Source: Thermoleophilia bacterium (GTDB lineage: Bacteria > Actinomycetota > Thermoleophilia > Gaiellales > JAICJC01). From it: a DNA stretch of 64,000 nucleotides. Positions 54,195-62,434 of this stretch are shown here, one piece after another. Every line of letters starts with the position of its first letter. The stretch's first letter is position 1. The notes beneath the pieces are model-generated. The model was not told where the DNA came from and searched no databases. It was given only the letters and a program-made list of their open reading frames with translations. Location: assembly GCA_025927685.1 (NCBI GenBank), contig JAICKX010000002.1:3442-67441 (forward strand), given 5' to 3'. The position numbers and the translations under genes were made by a program.

Positions 54195-55114
54195 GCGGGG
54201 CGGCGATCCCGATCGTGATCGACTGCGACCCCGGCCACGACGACGCCATGGCGATCATGCTGGCGCTGGGGAGCCCCGAGGTCGACCTGCGCGCGGTGAC
54301 GACGGTGTCGGGAAACGCGCCCCTGCGCCACACCACCGCGAACGCGATCCGCGTCCTCGACCACGTCGGCAGGTCGGACGTGCCGGTCGCCTCAGGCGCC
54401 GACCGCCCGTTGGTGGTGGATCCCTACCCGCCCGGCGACGTGCACGGGGAGACGGGCCTCGACGGCATCGACCTGCCGCCGCCGGCCCGCGCCCCGGTGG
54501 AGACGCATGCGGTCGACCTGATCGCCGAGACGGCGACGACGTCCGACCGGCCCGTGACGCTCGTCGCGATCGGCCCGCTCACCAACGTCGCCATCTTCGC
54601 GGCCCGGCATCCCGAGGCCGCGGCCGCGCTGGAGCGGGTCGTCATCATGGGCGGCTCGATCGGGCTCGGCAACGTCACGCCGGCGGCGGAGTTCAACATC
54701 TGGGGCGATCCCGAGGCGGCCCGGCGCGTGTTCACGAGCGGGCTCGACGTCACGATGGTCGGGCTCGACGTGACGCACAAGGCGCTCTTCACCGGAGAGC
54801 AGAACGAGCGCCTGCGCCCCCGCGGGCGAGCCGCGAAGCTGGCGGCCGAGCTGGTCGACTTCTACCGCCGCTCCCATCCGCGCATCGGCGGCACGCCGAT
54901 CCACGACGCGGTGGCGGTCGCGCAGGTCGTGAAGCCGGACATCCTGACGCTCGAGCACTGCCACGTCGAGGTGGACTGCGGGCCGGTGAGCCGCGGGCGG
55001 ACGCTGGTCGACCTGCGCGGCGTCACGGGCCGCGAGCCGAACGTCCATGTCGCGACGGACGTCGACTCGGCGTTCAACGACCTCATGGCCGACCGGATCG
55101 CAAGCCTTGGTTGA
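54191..55114 (+). CDS. Nucleoside hydrolase (inosine/uridine-preferring, IUNH family)
   Basis: ATG overlaps the ribokinase stop (ATGA). The N-terminal DCDPGHDDA (DxDxxxDD) calcium-site fingerprint is present. Confidence 0.85.
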   Translation: MSGAAIPIVIDCDPGHDDAMAIMLALGSPEVDLRAVTTVSGNAPLRHTTANAIRVLDHVGRSDVPVASGADRPLVVDPYPPGDVHGETGLDGIDLPPPARAPVETHAVDLIAETATTSDRPVTLVAIGPLTNVAIFAARHPEAAAALERVVIMGGSIGLGNVTPAAEFNIWGDPEAARRVFTSGLDVTMVGLDVTHKALFTGEQNERLRPRGRAAKLAAELVDFYRRSHPRIGGTPIHDAVAVAQVVKPDILTLEHCHVEVDCGPVSRGRTLVDLRGVTGREPNVHVATDVDSAFNDLMADRIASLG

Positions 55115-55119
55115 GGCCC

Positions 55120-55593
55120 TCAATCGAGGTCGTAGAAGACCTCGACGACCCGCTTCGCGGGGTCGCTCGGCGGCAGCCCGTCGGCCTGCCAGCCCGGCTC
55201 CTCCGCCTCGATGTTCTCGTACTGGGTGACGTAGCCGCGCATCGCCATGAGCTCGTCGAGTAGCAGCAGTCGGCGACCAGGGTCACCGCACCCGCCGTCC
55301 GCGCGGCACCGCCCGTCGAGCAGCGGCAGGTGCACCGCCTCACGTCCGAGGCTCGCGAGCACGGCCCGGTGCTCCGCTGGGCGGGCGTGCACGTGGGCGG
55401 CGGAGTCGGTGATGCCGCAGCGCTCGTCCCACCAGCCCGTCCCGACGGGATCCCGGCGAACGCCGTCACGACGACGAGCGGCTCGTCGCCGACGAGCAGC
55501 GAGAAGCACGCCCAGACCGGGTCGTCGCGGTGCGGGGAGAGGACGGCGGCGGGAGCGTCGGGGTCGTACGCCGGCGCGTTGGCACGTTGGCAC
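55120..55593 (-). pseudogene. Frameshifted gene of unknown function
   Basis: High GC3 switches frame near 55445. One frame reads YDPDAPAAVLSPHRDDPVWACFSLLVGDEPLVVVTAFAGIP upstream. The track frame reads VGTGWWDERCG...YVTQYENIEAEEPGWQADGLPPSDPAKRVVEVFYDLD downstream. No in-frame start exists for the upstream part. An 8-bp tandem duplication GTTGGCAC x2 sits at 55578-55593. Confidence 0.4.
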
Positions 55594-55714
55594 GCTAGAT
55601 CATGGGCGCGCGGCCGCGTACCGCATTTGGGGGAGGCGACGGCGGGCAGGCCGGCGATACGCTTGCCGCCGGCCGCGTCTGAACCGCGCGGCGCACACCA
55701 ACCCCCGATCAGTG

Positions 55715-56851
55715 ATGCGAGAGATCGAGCACGCGGGCCTGGCCACGAGCCTGCCGACCGACTTCGCGCAGAGCCGTGCAGCGGTCGTCGTCATGCGGGC
55801 GGACGGCACGTTCGTCTACGTCAGCGACGGCTTCTGCGACCTCGTCGGAAGGAGCCGCGCAGACCTCCTCGGCGTCCGCGCCGACGCGGCCGACATCGCG
55901 AGCTCGGCCGACCGCACGCGCTGGATCCTCGAGCGCGCATCCGAGGTCGGCACGGCCTTCAGGTACCGGCGCCTGTACGAGACCCCCGACGGCGACCGCC
56001 TGGTGGACGTGAGTGTCCACCGCGCGGCCGAGGATTTGATCGTGACGACGATGGCCGACGTCTCCGAGCACGAGAACGGCATGAGCGAGGCGGAGATCCT
56101 GGAGTCCTTCCTCGACGCGGTTCCGCTCGGCGTCGTGGTCTACGACCGCGAGCTTCGTATCGTCAGGGTGAACCGAACCGTCGAGGAGCTCGGCCGGGTG
56201 CGGCCGGAGCACCTGGGCGAGCGCCTCACCGACGCGTTTCCGGATGCCGACCCCAAGGTCGTCGGCGCCATCGAAGCCGTGCTCGAGAGCGGCGAGCAGA
56301 TCGTGAACCTGCCGATCACGCGCCCGGACGGCCACAGCCTGCTCCTGAACTTCTTCCCGGTGCGTGACGCGCACGACGCGGTGGTGCAGGTCGGCTGCCT
56401 CTTCTCCGACGTCACCGAGTTCACCGAGGCCCACGCCACGATCCAGGCGCAGCGCGAGACGATCCGCAAGCTCGCGACGCCGGTCCTGGAGCTCGGCGAC
56501 CGCGTCCTCGTCGCACCGCTCGTCGGGGAGATGGACACGACCCGCGTCCGCCAGCTGACGGAGCGGCTCCTTCAGGCGATCGCCGAGAAGCGGGCCCGGG
56601 TCGTGATCCTCGACGTGACCGGCGTGCCCGTCATCGACTCCGCGGTCGCCCACGAGCTTCTGACCACGGTGTCGGTGGCCCGGCTCATGGGAGCGGAGGC
56701 CGTGATGAGCGGGATCTCGACCGACCATGCCGAGGCGATCACGAGGCTCGGCATCGCGGTGTCCGGTTTTGAGACCGTCGCCACGCTGGCCGACGCCGTC
56801 GCCGCCGCGCGATCGCTCTCCCAGCGGGCCGTGGCGCTGACCAGCAGCTAG
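55715..56851 (+). CDS. PAS-PAS-STAS sensor (RsbR-type STAS output)
   Basis: ATG 55715 lies within track ORF 55247..56851. It has two PAS-like modules, then ATPVLELGDRVLVAPLVGEMDTTRV and ILDVTGVPVIDSAVAHELL, typical of stressosome-type STAS. Confidence 0.8.
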   Translation: MREIEHAGLATSLPTDFAQSRAAVVVMRADGTFVYVSDGFCDLVGRSRADLLGVRADAADIASSADRTRWILERASEVGTAFRYRRLYETPDGDRLVDVSVHRAAEDLIVTTMADVSEHENGMSEAEILESFLDAVPLGVVVYDRELRIVRVNRTVEELGRVRPEHLGERLTDAFPDADPKVVGAIEAVLESGEQIVNLPITRPDGHSLLLNFFPVRDAHDAVVQVGCLFSDVTEFTEAHATIQAQRETIRKLATPVLELGDRVLVAPLVGEMDTTRVRQLTERLLQAIAEKRARVVILDVTGVPVIDSAVAHELLTTVSVARLMGAEAVMSGISTDHAEAITRLGIAVSGFETVATLADAVAAARSLSQRAVALTSS

Positions 56852-58596
56852 GCGGCCTGCTCCTCGGCTCCGGTGATCAGCGCCGTGAAGCGCGAGACGG
56901 GAAGCGGCCGGCTGTAGAGGAAGCCCTGGCCGAGGTGGCAGCCGTGCTCGACGAGGAACCGGAGCTGCTCCTCGGTCTCGATCCCCTCGGCGAGGCACTG
57001 CATCCCGAGCCGGTTGGCGAGCGTGATCATGATCTCGACGAGGACCGCAGCCTCCTTGTCGTTCGGAAGGTCGCGGATGTAGGAGCGGTCGATCTTGAGC
57101 GTGTTCGGCCGGAGCTGGCGCAGCCGGCTGAGCGACGAATGGCCGGTGCCGAAGTCGTCGATCGCAAGGCGCAGGCCGCGGCCCCGGAACTCGGCCACGA
57201 GCGGCTCGAGCTCCTCGCTCTGGGTCATCGCCGACTGCTCGGTGATCTCGATCATGAGCCGGTCGGCTGGGAGCCCGAAGTCGGAGATGGTCGCGAGGAC
57301 GCGCCGCATCGAGGCGGGCTGCCAGTAGGCGGGCGGCACGTTGATCGAGGCGTACAGGTCGAGGTCGAGGTCGCACCAGCGCCGGGCCTGGATGCACGCC
57401 TGCTCGACGACCCACGCCGTGATCGGCCGGATGAGCCCGGTCCGCTCGGCGACCGGGAGGAACTCGGCCGGCGACAGCAGGTCGCCCTCCGGCGTCTTCC
57501 AGCGGATCAGGGCCTCGGCGCCCACGATGCAGGACGTCTTGAGATCGACCATCGGCTGGTAGACGAGGACAAGCTCGTCGCGCTTCTCGGCGTTTCGCAG
57601 CCGCGCGGCGATCGCCAGGTCGCGCGTGGTGTCGTGCTTGGGCTCGGCGTAGAGGCGGTAGCCGTCCCGGCCGGCGTCCTTGGCCGAGTACAGGGCGACG
57701 TCGGCATGCTTCAGCACGAGCTCGGCGGTATCGGCATCGGACGGGTAGAGGCTCGCGCCGATGCTGGCGGTCACGTAGAGCTCCGTGTCGCCGATGTGGA
57801 ACGGCAGGCCGAGGGCGGTGCGCAGGTTCGCCGCCACCTTCTGCGCGGCGTCCGCGACGGCCTCGCCCGAGCCGGCCGACTCGGCAGAGCCACCCAGGAG
57901 GATCAGGAACTCGTCGCCACCCTGGCGGGCCACGACGTCGTCGGCACGGCAGGACTCGCGCAGCCGGCTGGACACCTGGACGAGCAGCTCGTCGCCCACG
58001 GCATGGCCGAACCCGTCGTTGATCATCTTGAAGTCGTCGAGGTCGACGAAGAGCACGGCGCCGCCGACGCCGGTGCGGCGGGCGTGCGCGATCGCGAGGT
58101 TCAGGTGCTCCTGGAAGAGGGCTCGATTCGGGAGGTCGGTGAGCGCGTCGTGGAGCGCCAGATGCGTCAGCCGGGCCTCGGTCTCCTTGCGCTCGGTGGC
58201 GTCGAAGATGACGCCGTCGGCGAACCGGAGCGTGCCGTCCTCGCCCGAGACCCCCGCGCCGTACCCGTTCAGCCAGCGGACGGAGCCGTCGGCGTGGACG
58301 ATCCGGTACTCGACCGCGTACGGCTCGCCCCGGGTCATCGCGTCGAACACCGCGGCGATCACCGCATCGCGATCCTCCGGGTGGATGATGCTGTCGAACG
58401 GCCGCTCGCCTCCCGGGAGGAAGGTGGCCGGCGGATAGCCCGTGATCGCCTCGATCGCGTCGCTGAGCGATTCCATGATCCACTCGCCGTCGCGGTTGGC
58501 ATAGCGGTAGACGGCGCCGGGCATGCTGCTGACGATCGCGTGAATACGCGCTGCATCCCAGCCCGCTGGGCGGCCTCCGGTGGTGTCCGGTTCCAT
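56848..58596 (-). CDS. PAS-GGDEF-EAL cyclic-di-GMP turnover protein
   Basis: GGDEF is intact (ARQGGDEFLILL) with an RxxD I-site (RADD) 5 aa upstream. EAL is intact (GAEALIRW, IEITE, DDFGTGHSSL). Confidence 0.9.
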   Translation of the reverse strand: MEPDTTGGRPAGWDAARIHAIVSSMPGAVYRYANRDGEWIMESLSDAIEAITGYPPATFLPGGERPFDSIIHPEDRDAVIAAVFDAMTRGEPYAVEYRIVHADGSVRWLNGYGAGVSGEDGTLRFADGVIFDATERKETEARLTHLALHDALTDLPNRALFQEHLNLAIAHARRTGVGGAVLFVDLDDFKMINDGFGHAVGDELLVQVSSRLRESCRADDVVARQGGDEFLILLGGSAESAGSGEAVADAAQKVAANLRTALGLPFHIGDTELYVTASIGASLYPSDADTAELVLKHADVALYSAKDAGRDGYRLYAEPKHDTTRDLAIAARLRNAEKRDELVLVYQPMVDLKTSCIVGAEALIRWKTPEGDLLSPAEFLPVAERTGLIRPITAWVVEQACIQARRWCDLDLDLYASINVPPAYWQPASMRRVLATISDFGLPADRLMIEITEQSAMTQSEELEPLVAEFRGRGLRLAIDDFGTGHSSLSRLRQLRPNTLKIDRSYIRDLPNDKEAAVLVEIMITLANRLGMQCLAEGIETEEQLRFLVEHGCHLGQGFLYSRPLPVSRFTALITGAEEQAA

Positions 58597-58653
58597 ACCA
58601 GGACTGGTCGGCCCGCGTCGCCGGGGATGGATGGCCCCTTCGGGGGATGCGCG

Positions 58654-59535
58654 CTACACGACCGTGCCGTGCGTCGCCGCCTGCTGGATGGCGTCGGCGA
58701 GGCTGCCGGCGATCCGAAGGCCGCGGAAGTCGATCCCGATGCCGGCGAGGGTCTGGGCGTTGACGGCGGAGATGCCGGCGAGGATGGCCGTGGCACCCAT
58801 GAGGCGGGCGGCCTCTGCGGTGCGCATGAGGTGGTTGGCCACGGCCGAGTCGACCGCCGGAACGCCGGTGATGTCGATGACGATCGTTCTGGCCCGGTGC
58901 TTGGGGATGGCGCCGAGCAGGGCCTCGGTGATCGTGGCGGCGCGCTCGCTGTCGACGGAGCCGATCAGCGGCAGCAGCAGGAGGCCGTCCCACAGCTCGA
59001 GGACGGGGGTGGAGAGCTCGCGGATGTCGGCCTGCTGGGCGGTGATGATGCGTTCCTTGGCCGCCAGGTACGCGTTCCCGATGGTGACCATCATCAGGTC
59101 GACGTAGATGGCGGCGCCGCGCAGGGCTTGTGCGAGCCGCTCGGGGTTGCTGCGGAACGTGTCGACGACCAGCGGAGTGAGACGCATGCGCAGCGCTCGC
59201 CCGGTGGCGAACCATGACCCGAAATCGAGGCCGGTCTCGGCGTAGCGTGCGCCGGCCGCGTCGACCTCGGTGAGGTACGGGATCCAGTCCTCGTCGACGA
59301 CGGCGCGGCGGATCAGCTCGCGGATCTCCGCCAGCTCGACGCTGCCCGCCGCCCCGATGAAGCCCGGCAGCTCGGGGTGCCCGGCGGCGGCCGGGTCGAG
59401 GCCGTCGGCGAGCGGGTCGAAGTGCGCGTCGTAGACCTGCCAGAACCCGGCCAGCGCGTCCCGTTCGGCGGTGCTCAGGTCGGGCGGGAGCAGGTGCCGG
59501 CCCGTCCGTCGAGGAGTGGGGAGCATGGTTGCCAT
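58654..59535 (-). CDS. RsbR-like protein (helical/globin-like N-domain plus STAS)
   Basis: The C-terminus has STPVLELWDGLLLLPLIGSVDSERA and VIDITGVPAVDSAVANHLM. The N-terminal ~150 aa are helical, as in the non-haem globin sensor domain of RsbR. Confidence 0.8.
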   Translation of the reverse strand: MATMLPTPRRTGRHLLPPDLSTAERDALAGFWQVYDAHFDPLADGLDPAAAGHPELPGFIGAAGSVELAEIRELIRRAVVDEDWIPYLTEVDAAGARYAETGLDFGSWFATGRALRMRLTPLVVDTFRSNPERLAQALRGAAIYVDLMMVTIGNAYLAAKERIITAQQADIRELSTPVLELWDGLLLLPLIGSVDSERAATITEALLGAIPKHRARTIVIDITGVPAVDSAVANHLMRTAEAARLMGATAILAGISAVNAQTLAGIGIDFRGLRIAGSLADAIQQAATHGTVV

Positions 59536-59574
59536 GAGCGTGGCAGCGAGCCTAGATCGCAGACCGGAACGGGC

Positions 59575-59618
59575 CCTCCCCGATACGCGGGTACCGTTGA
59601 TACCGCGTTTCGGGGAGG
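59575..59618. promoter_or_regulatory. 15-bp hairpin in the 318-bp ORF-free spacer
   Basis: CCTCCCCGA-T-ACGCGG, a 12-nt loop, then CCGCGT-T-TCGGGGAGG. It lies 40-83 nt upstream of the RsbR-like start on the minus strand. Confidence 0.3.
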
Positions 59619-59853
59619 CGACAAGGTGGGGTGCGAGCTACCGTCGAGGTCCCCATACCTCGCGGGGACGGCTCGCAGGGGTCGGATCCAGGCAGAGGCC
59701 GTCCCAGCATCCGCGGCTCGCTCTCCGAGCTCGGCCACGCTATCACCCGTCCTCCTCGACCCTGCGTGGAGGGCGAGCCGCGGCCAACCCGATCCGCGTC
59801 GACACGCGCGATTGGTTTCGGGTGATGCCGGGTAAGGCGTTACCCGAACCGGG

Positions 59854-60039
59854 ATGGCGCGTGAGTACCACATCGCCGCGGTCGGCGGCAGCAACGACGA
59901 CGAGGTCTCCGTCGACCTGTCCGACGTGCTGAACGCGCTCGGCGCTCAGAACTGGGAGCTCAGAAGCGCCGTCCCGCTGAAGGACAGCGACACGCTCCTC
60001 CTGATCCTGAGCCGCGAGACGGCGGAGGCGACGCCGTGA
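59854..60039 (+). CDS. DUF4177-like small protein
   Basis: 61 aa. The pattern LNALGAQNWELRSAVP...LLLILSRE fits my memory of DUF4177. Confidence 0.55.
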   Translation: MAREYHIAAVGGSNDDEVSVDLSDVLNALGAQNWELRSAVPLKDSDTLLLILSRETAEATP

Positions 60040-60194
60040 GGGCGGCCGCCGCGTTGTTGCTCGCCACCGCCGCCGCGGTGATCCTGCTCGACTCCGAGTG
60101 GTGGCTCGCAGCGGCCGGATCGGGAGTCGTCCTGATGGCGTTCTTCCACCGCCATCACCCCCGCCACTCGCCGTACCACGAGGGGTGGTATTAG
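60036..60194 (+). CDS. 52-aa two-TM micro-protein coupled to the DUF4177-like gene
   Basis: It is not in the track. GTG overlaps the upstream TGA (GTGA). It reads VRAAAALLLATAAAVILLDSEWWLAAAGSGVVLMAFFHRHHPRHSPYHEGWY. Confidence 0.3.
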   Translation: MRAAAALLLATAAAVILLDSEWWLAAAGSGVVLMAFFHRHHPRHSPYHEGWY

Positions 60195-60283
60195 GCCCGT
60201 GGGGTTCGGCTTGGCATCAGGTGGGCATAGGTGTGGCGGGCGGCGCCGGTGGGCCGGAAACCACGGTTCGGAGGGACGGCAAG

Positions 60284-60517
60284 ATGCCGAAGCAGGGTGA
60301 TGTGCACGTGGTCTACCAGGCGACCGACAAGGGTTGGCGCGTCGAGGTGACCGGGAACAAGCGCGCCTCGGGCACGCACGCCAGGAAGCCGCCGGCGGTG
60401 GAGCAGGGTCGCAAGCTCGCCCAGCGGAACAAGTCGGAGCTCGTCATCCACAACCAGGACGGAAAGATTGGCAATCGCCGCTCCTACGGCAACGATCCGT
60501 TCCCGCCACGAGGCTAG
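60284..60517 (+). CDS. DUF2188-like small protein
   Basis: ATG 60284 follows GGAGGGA. MPKQGDVHVVYQATDKGWRVEVTGNKRASGTHARK..ELVIHNQDGKIGNRRSYGNDPFPP fits my memory of DUF2188. Confidence 0.6.
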   Translation: MPKQGDVHVVYQATDKGWRVEVTGNKRASGTHARKPPAVEQGRKLAQRNKSELVIHNQDGKIGNRRSYGNDPFPPRG

Positions 60518-60574
60518 ACGAGCGCCTCTTCAAACCGGCGGCCCGGAACCCCAAACCCAGGGAGGACACTCATC

Positions 60575-60742
60575 ATGACCACTCGACGAAGCAGCGGAGG
60601 ACTCGGCGGACTCACGACGGGCGGCATCATCGTCATCGTCGGGATCATCGTCGCGATCTTCTGGAGCCTCATTCTCGGGATCATCATCGCCCTTGTCGGC
60701 CTCGTCGCCTTCGGCGGCTTCGCGCGGGGCAGGTGGTACTGA
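60575..60742 (+). CDS. 55-aa membrane micro-protein
   Basis: It is not in the track. ATG follows GGGAGGA. It reads MTTRRSSGGLGGLTTGGIIVIVGIIVAIFWSLILGIIIALVGLVAFGGFARGRWY. Confidence 0.45.
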   Translation: MTTRRSSGGLGGLTTGGIIVIVGIIVAIFWSLILGIIIALVGLVAFGGFARGRWY

Positions 60743-60876
60743 CCGGGCGCGCGCCGGCGGCGCGACCCGAACGTGCGAGGCTGAGTCACGGCGTGCGGCT
60801 GGGTTCGGTCCCTCCACGCGATCCGGCTCGTGGACACGGAGTCGGCCGTCACGTCGGTCTCGCCGGATAGGCACCC

Positions 60877-61056
60877 ATGCGACTTCTCCGGATCAACCTC
60901 CTCGCTGTGATCTACCTGGTCGTGGGCGTCGTGGTGGCGGCCACGCACCACTACTTTCGACACCTGGGCTCCCTGCGCCTGATCGCCTCGGCGGTGTTGG
61001 CGGTCGTTCTCTGGCCGCTCGTCCTCTTGGGCGTGAACGTCCACATCCACCACTAG
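60877..61056 (+). CDS. 59-aa membrane micro-protein
   Basis: It is not in the track. It reads MRLLRINLLAVIYLVVGVVVAATHHYFRHLGSLRLIASAVLAVVLWPLVLLGVNVHIHH. No clear SD is present. Confidence 0.4.
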   Translation: MRLLRINLLAVIYLVVGVVVAATHHYFRHLGSLRLIASAVLAVVLWPLVLLGVNVHIHH

Positions 61057-61202
61057 ATGAGTGATTCCACGACCCCCGCGCGCGGGGACGCTCGTCTGTG
61101 GTGGGTTGGCGTGGTGTGGTGGGGCTGCGGCTGCGAACCTTCTCCTCCACGGGAGCGCGGCAAGCCGACGACTTGCCGCTGGGACATCACGGTGCCGTGG
61201 AA

Positions 61203-61361
61203 TCAATCATCTGGACATCCCCGGCGTCCCGCCAGGTTCACCGTAACGCGACGCTCGTGGTCACAACAGGCCCCGGTCGCCGACGGCAGCTTCACGCTGT
61301 TCACGAACACGACCGGCGCCAGTGAGTCCACGAGCGTGAACTCGAGCCGCTGGCCGCGCAT
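61203..61361 (-). CDS. Possible 52-aa protein
   Basis: Internal ATG of track ORF 61203..61541. GC3 is moderately high. It reads MRGQRLEFTLVDSLAPVVFVNSVKLPSATGACCDHERRVTVNLAGRRGCPDD. No family was recognised. Confidence 0.2.
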   Translation of the reverse strand: MRGQRLEFTLVDSLAPVVFVNSVKLPSATGACCDHERRVTVNLAGRRGCPDD

Positions 61362-61428
61362 GAGAGCCTCGCGTTGTCGCCTCGTTGCGTTTGCATCGTT
61401 CCAGGCGTAGAGTCGTGCGACGCTGACG

Positions 61429-62307
61429 ATGTCGGAACGACGGCGATCAAGACCGCGCTGGGCAGCACGGCGCACCGTAGTCCTCCTGCTCGGGCTTGGC
61501 GTGCTCGCGCTCTGGTCGGCCCCGGCCGCCCTTGCGAGCACGGTTTCGTGTCAAGGTCATCCAGCGACGATGGTCGGCACTCCGGGCGCTGACACGTTGC
61601 TTGGAACGAGCGGCCCCGACGTCATCGTGGGCTTGGGTGGCGAAGACTCGCTCGGCGGGCGCGGCGGGGATGACATCATCTGCGGCGGCGGGTTTCCCGA
61701 TACCTTGGTCGGTGGCCGCGGCGACGACCAGTTGTTCGGCGAGGCGAGCGTTGACGGCCTGTTTGGGGGCGCTGGGGCCGATGTGCTCGTCGGAGGTGGC
61801 AAGCCGGACTTTCTCTCCGGCGACCGGGGCGATGATGCGCTTCGTGGTGGGAAGGGCCGCGATGAAATCTCGATGGATCGCGGCGACGACTTCCTGGGCG
61901 GCGGCGCAAGCCGACGCGATGTGATCGAAACGTTCATGGGCAAGTTCGTGTCCTTGACAGTGAACCTCGCGGCCGGGACAGCAACGGGCCTCGGACACGA
62001 TCGCGTCTTCGGCGTCGAGAATCTCGAGTTCCCCGTCCACCGTGGGCCGCTCCTCCTGGTTGGGAGCGAGATCCACAACCGGATCGTGGCGCGGGGGAAT
62101 CCGCTCGTCATTCGCGGCCGGGGAGGGAACGACCAGATCTTCGGTGGCAAGTTCGCTGACGAGATCCGTGGTGGGTCCGGCGACGACTCGGTGCGTGGAT
62201 TCCGTGGAAACGACGATCTCGACGGTGGGATCGGCACGGACAGGCTGGACGGAGGTCCCGGGACTGACACCTGCAATCGCGGCGAACTGGTGATCTCGTG
62301 CCCCTAG
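61429..62307 (+). CDS. Secreted calcium-binding RTX-like (GGxGxD beta-roll) repeat protein
   Basis: Sec signal VVLLLGLGVLALWSAPAALA. Repeats include GGRGGDDIICGG, GGRGDDQLFG, GGAGADVLVGG and GGSGDDSVRG. The C-terminus is GTDTCNRGELVISCP. Confidence 0.75.
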   Translation: MSERRRSRPRWAARRTVVLLLGLGVLALWSAPAALASTVSCQGHPATMVGTPGADTLLGTSGPDVIVGLGGEDSLGGRGGDDIICGGGFPDTLVGGRGDDQLFGEASVDGLFGGAGADVLVGGGKPDFLSGDRGDDALRGGKGRDEISMDRGDDFLGGGASRRDVIETFMGKFVSLTVNLAAGTATGLGHDRVFGVENLEFPVHRGPLLLVGSEIHNRIVARGNPLVIRGRGGNDQIFGGKFADEIRGGSGDDSVRGFRGNDDLDGGIGTDRLDGGPGTDTCNRGELVISCP

Positions 62308-62434
62308 CTCCAACCGGAATCTGGCGACGTGCGATGACTTCTACGCTCGCCGACGAGCTACCACCCTTGGCACGAGACGATGAGGTCAGCGAGACAATCG
62401 CCGTCGACGCTGTCGAGGAGATCGGGAGGCGTAG

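Noticed and set aside
55709-59215. 1168-aa minus-strand ORF, and the 760-aa plus-strand ORF 56935-59217
   Set aside because: Both are off-frame or antisense to the well-supported PAS-STAS, PAS-GGDEF-EAL and RsbR-like genes. Their composition is Arg/Gly/Asp-rich and they have no motifs.
61057-61410. 117-aa plus-strand ORF rich in Trp and Cys (MSDSTTPARGDARLWWVGVVWWGCGC...)
   Set aside because: Third-position GC is erratic, with many A/T-ending codons. It has no SD and no recognisable fold. The minus-strand frame over part of the same DNA looks slightly more coding-like.
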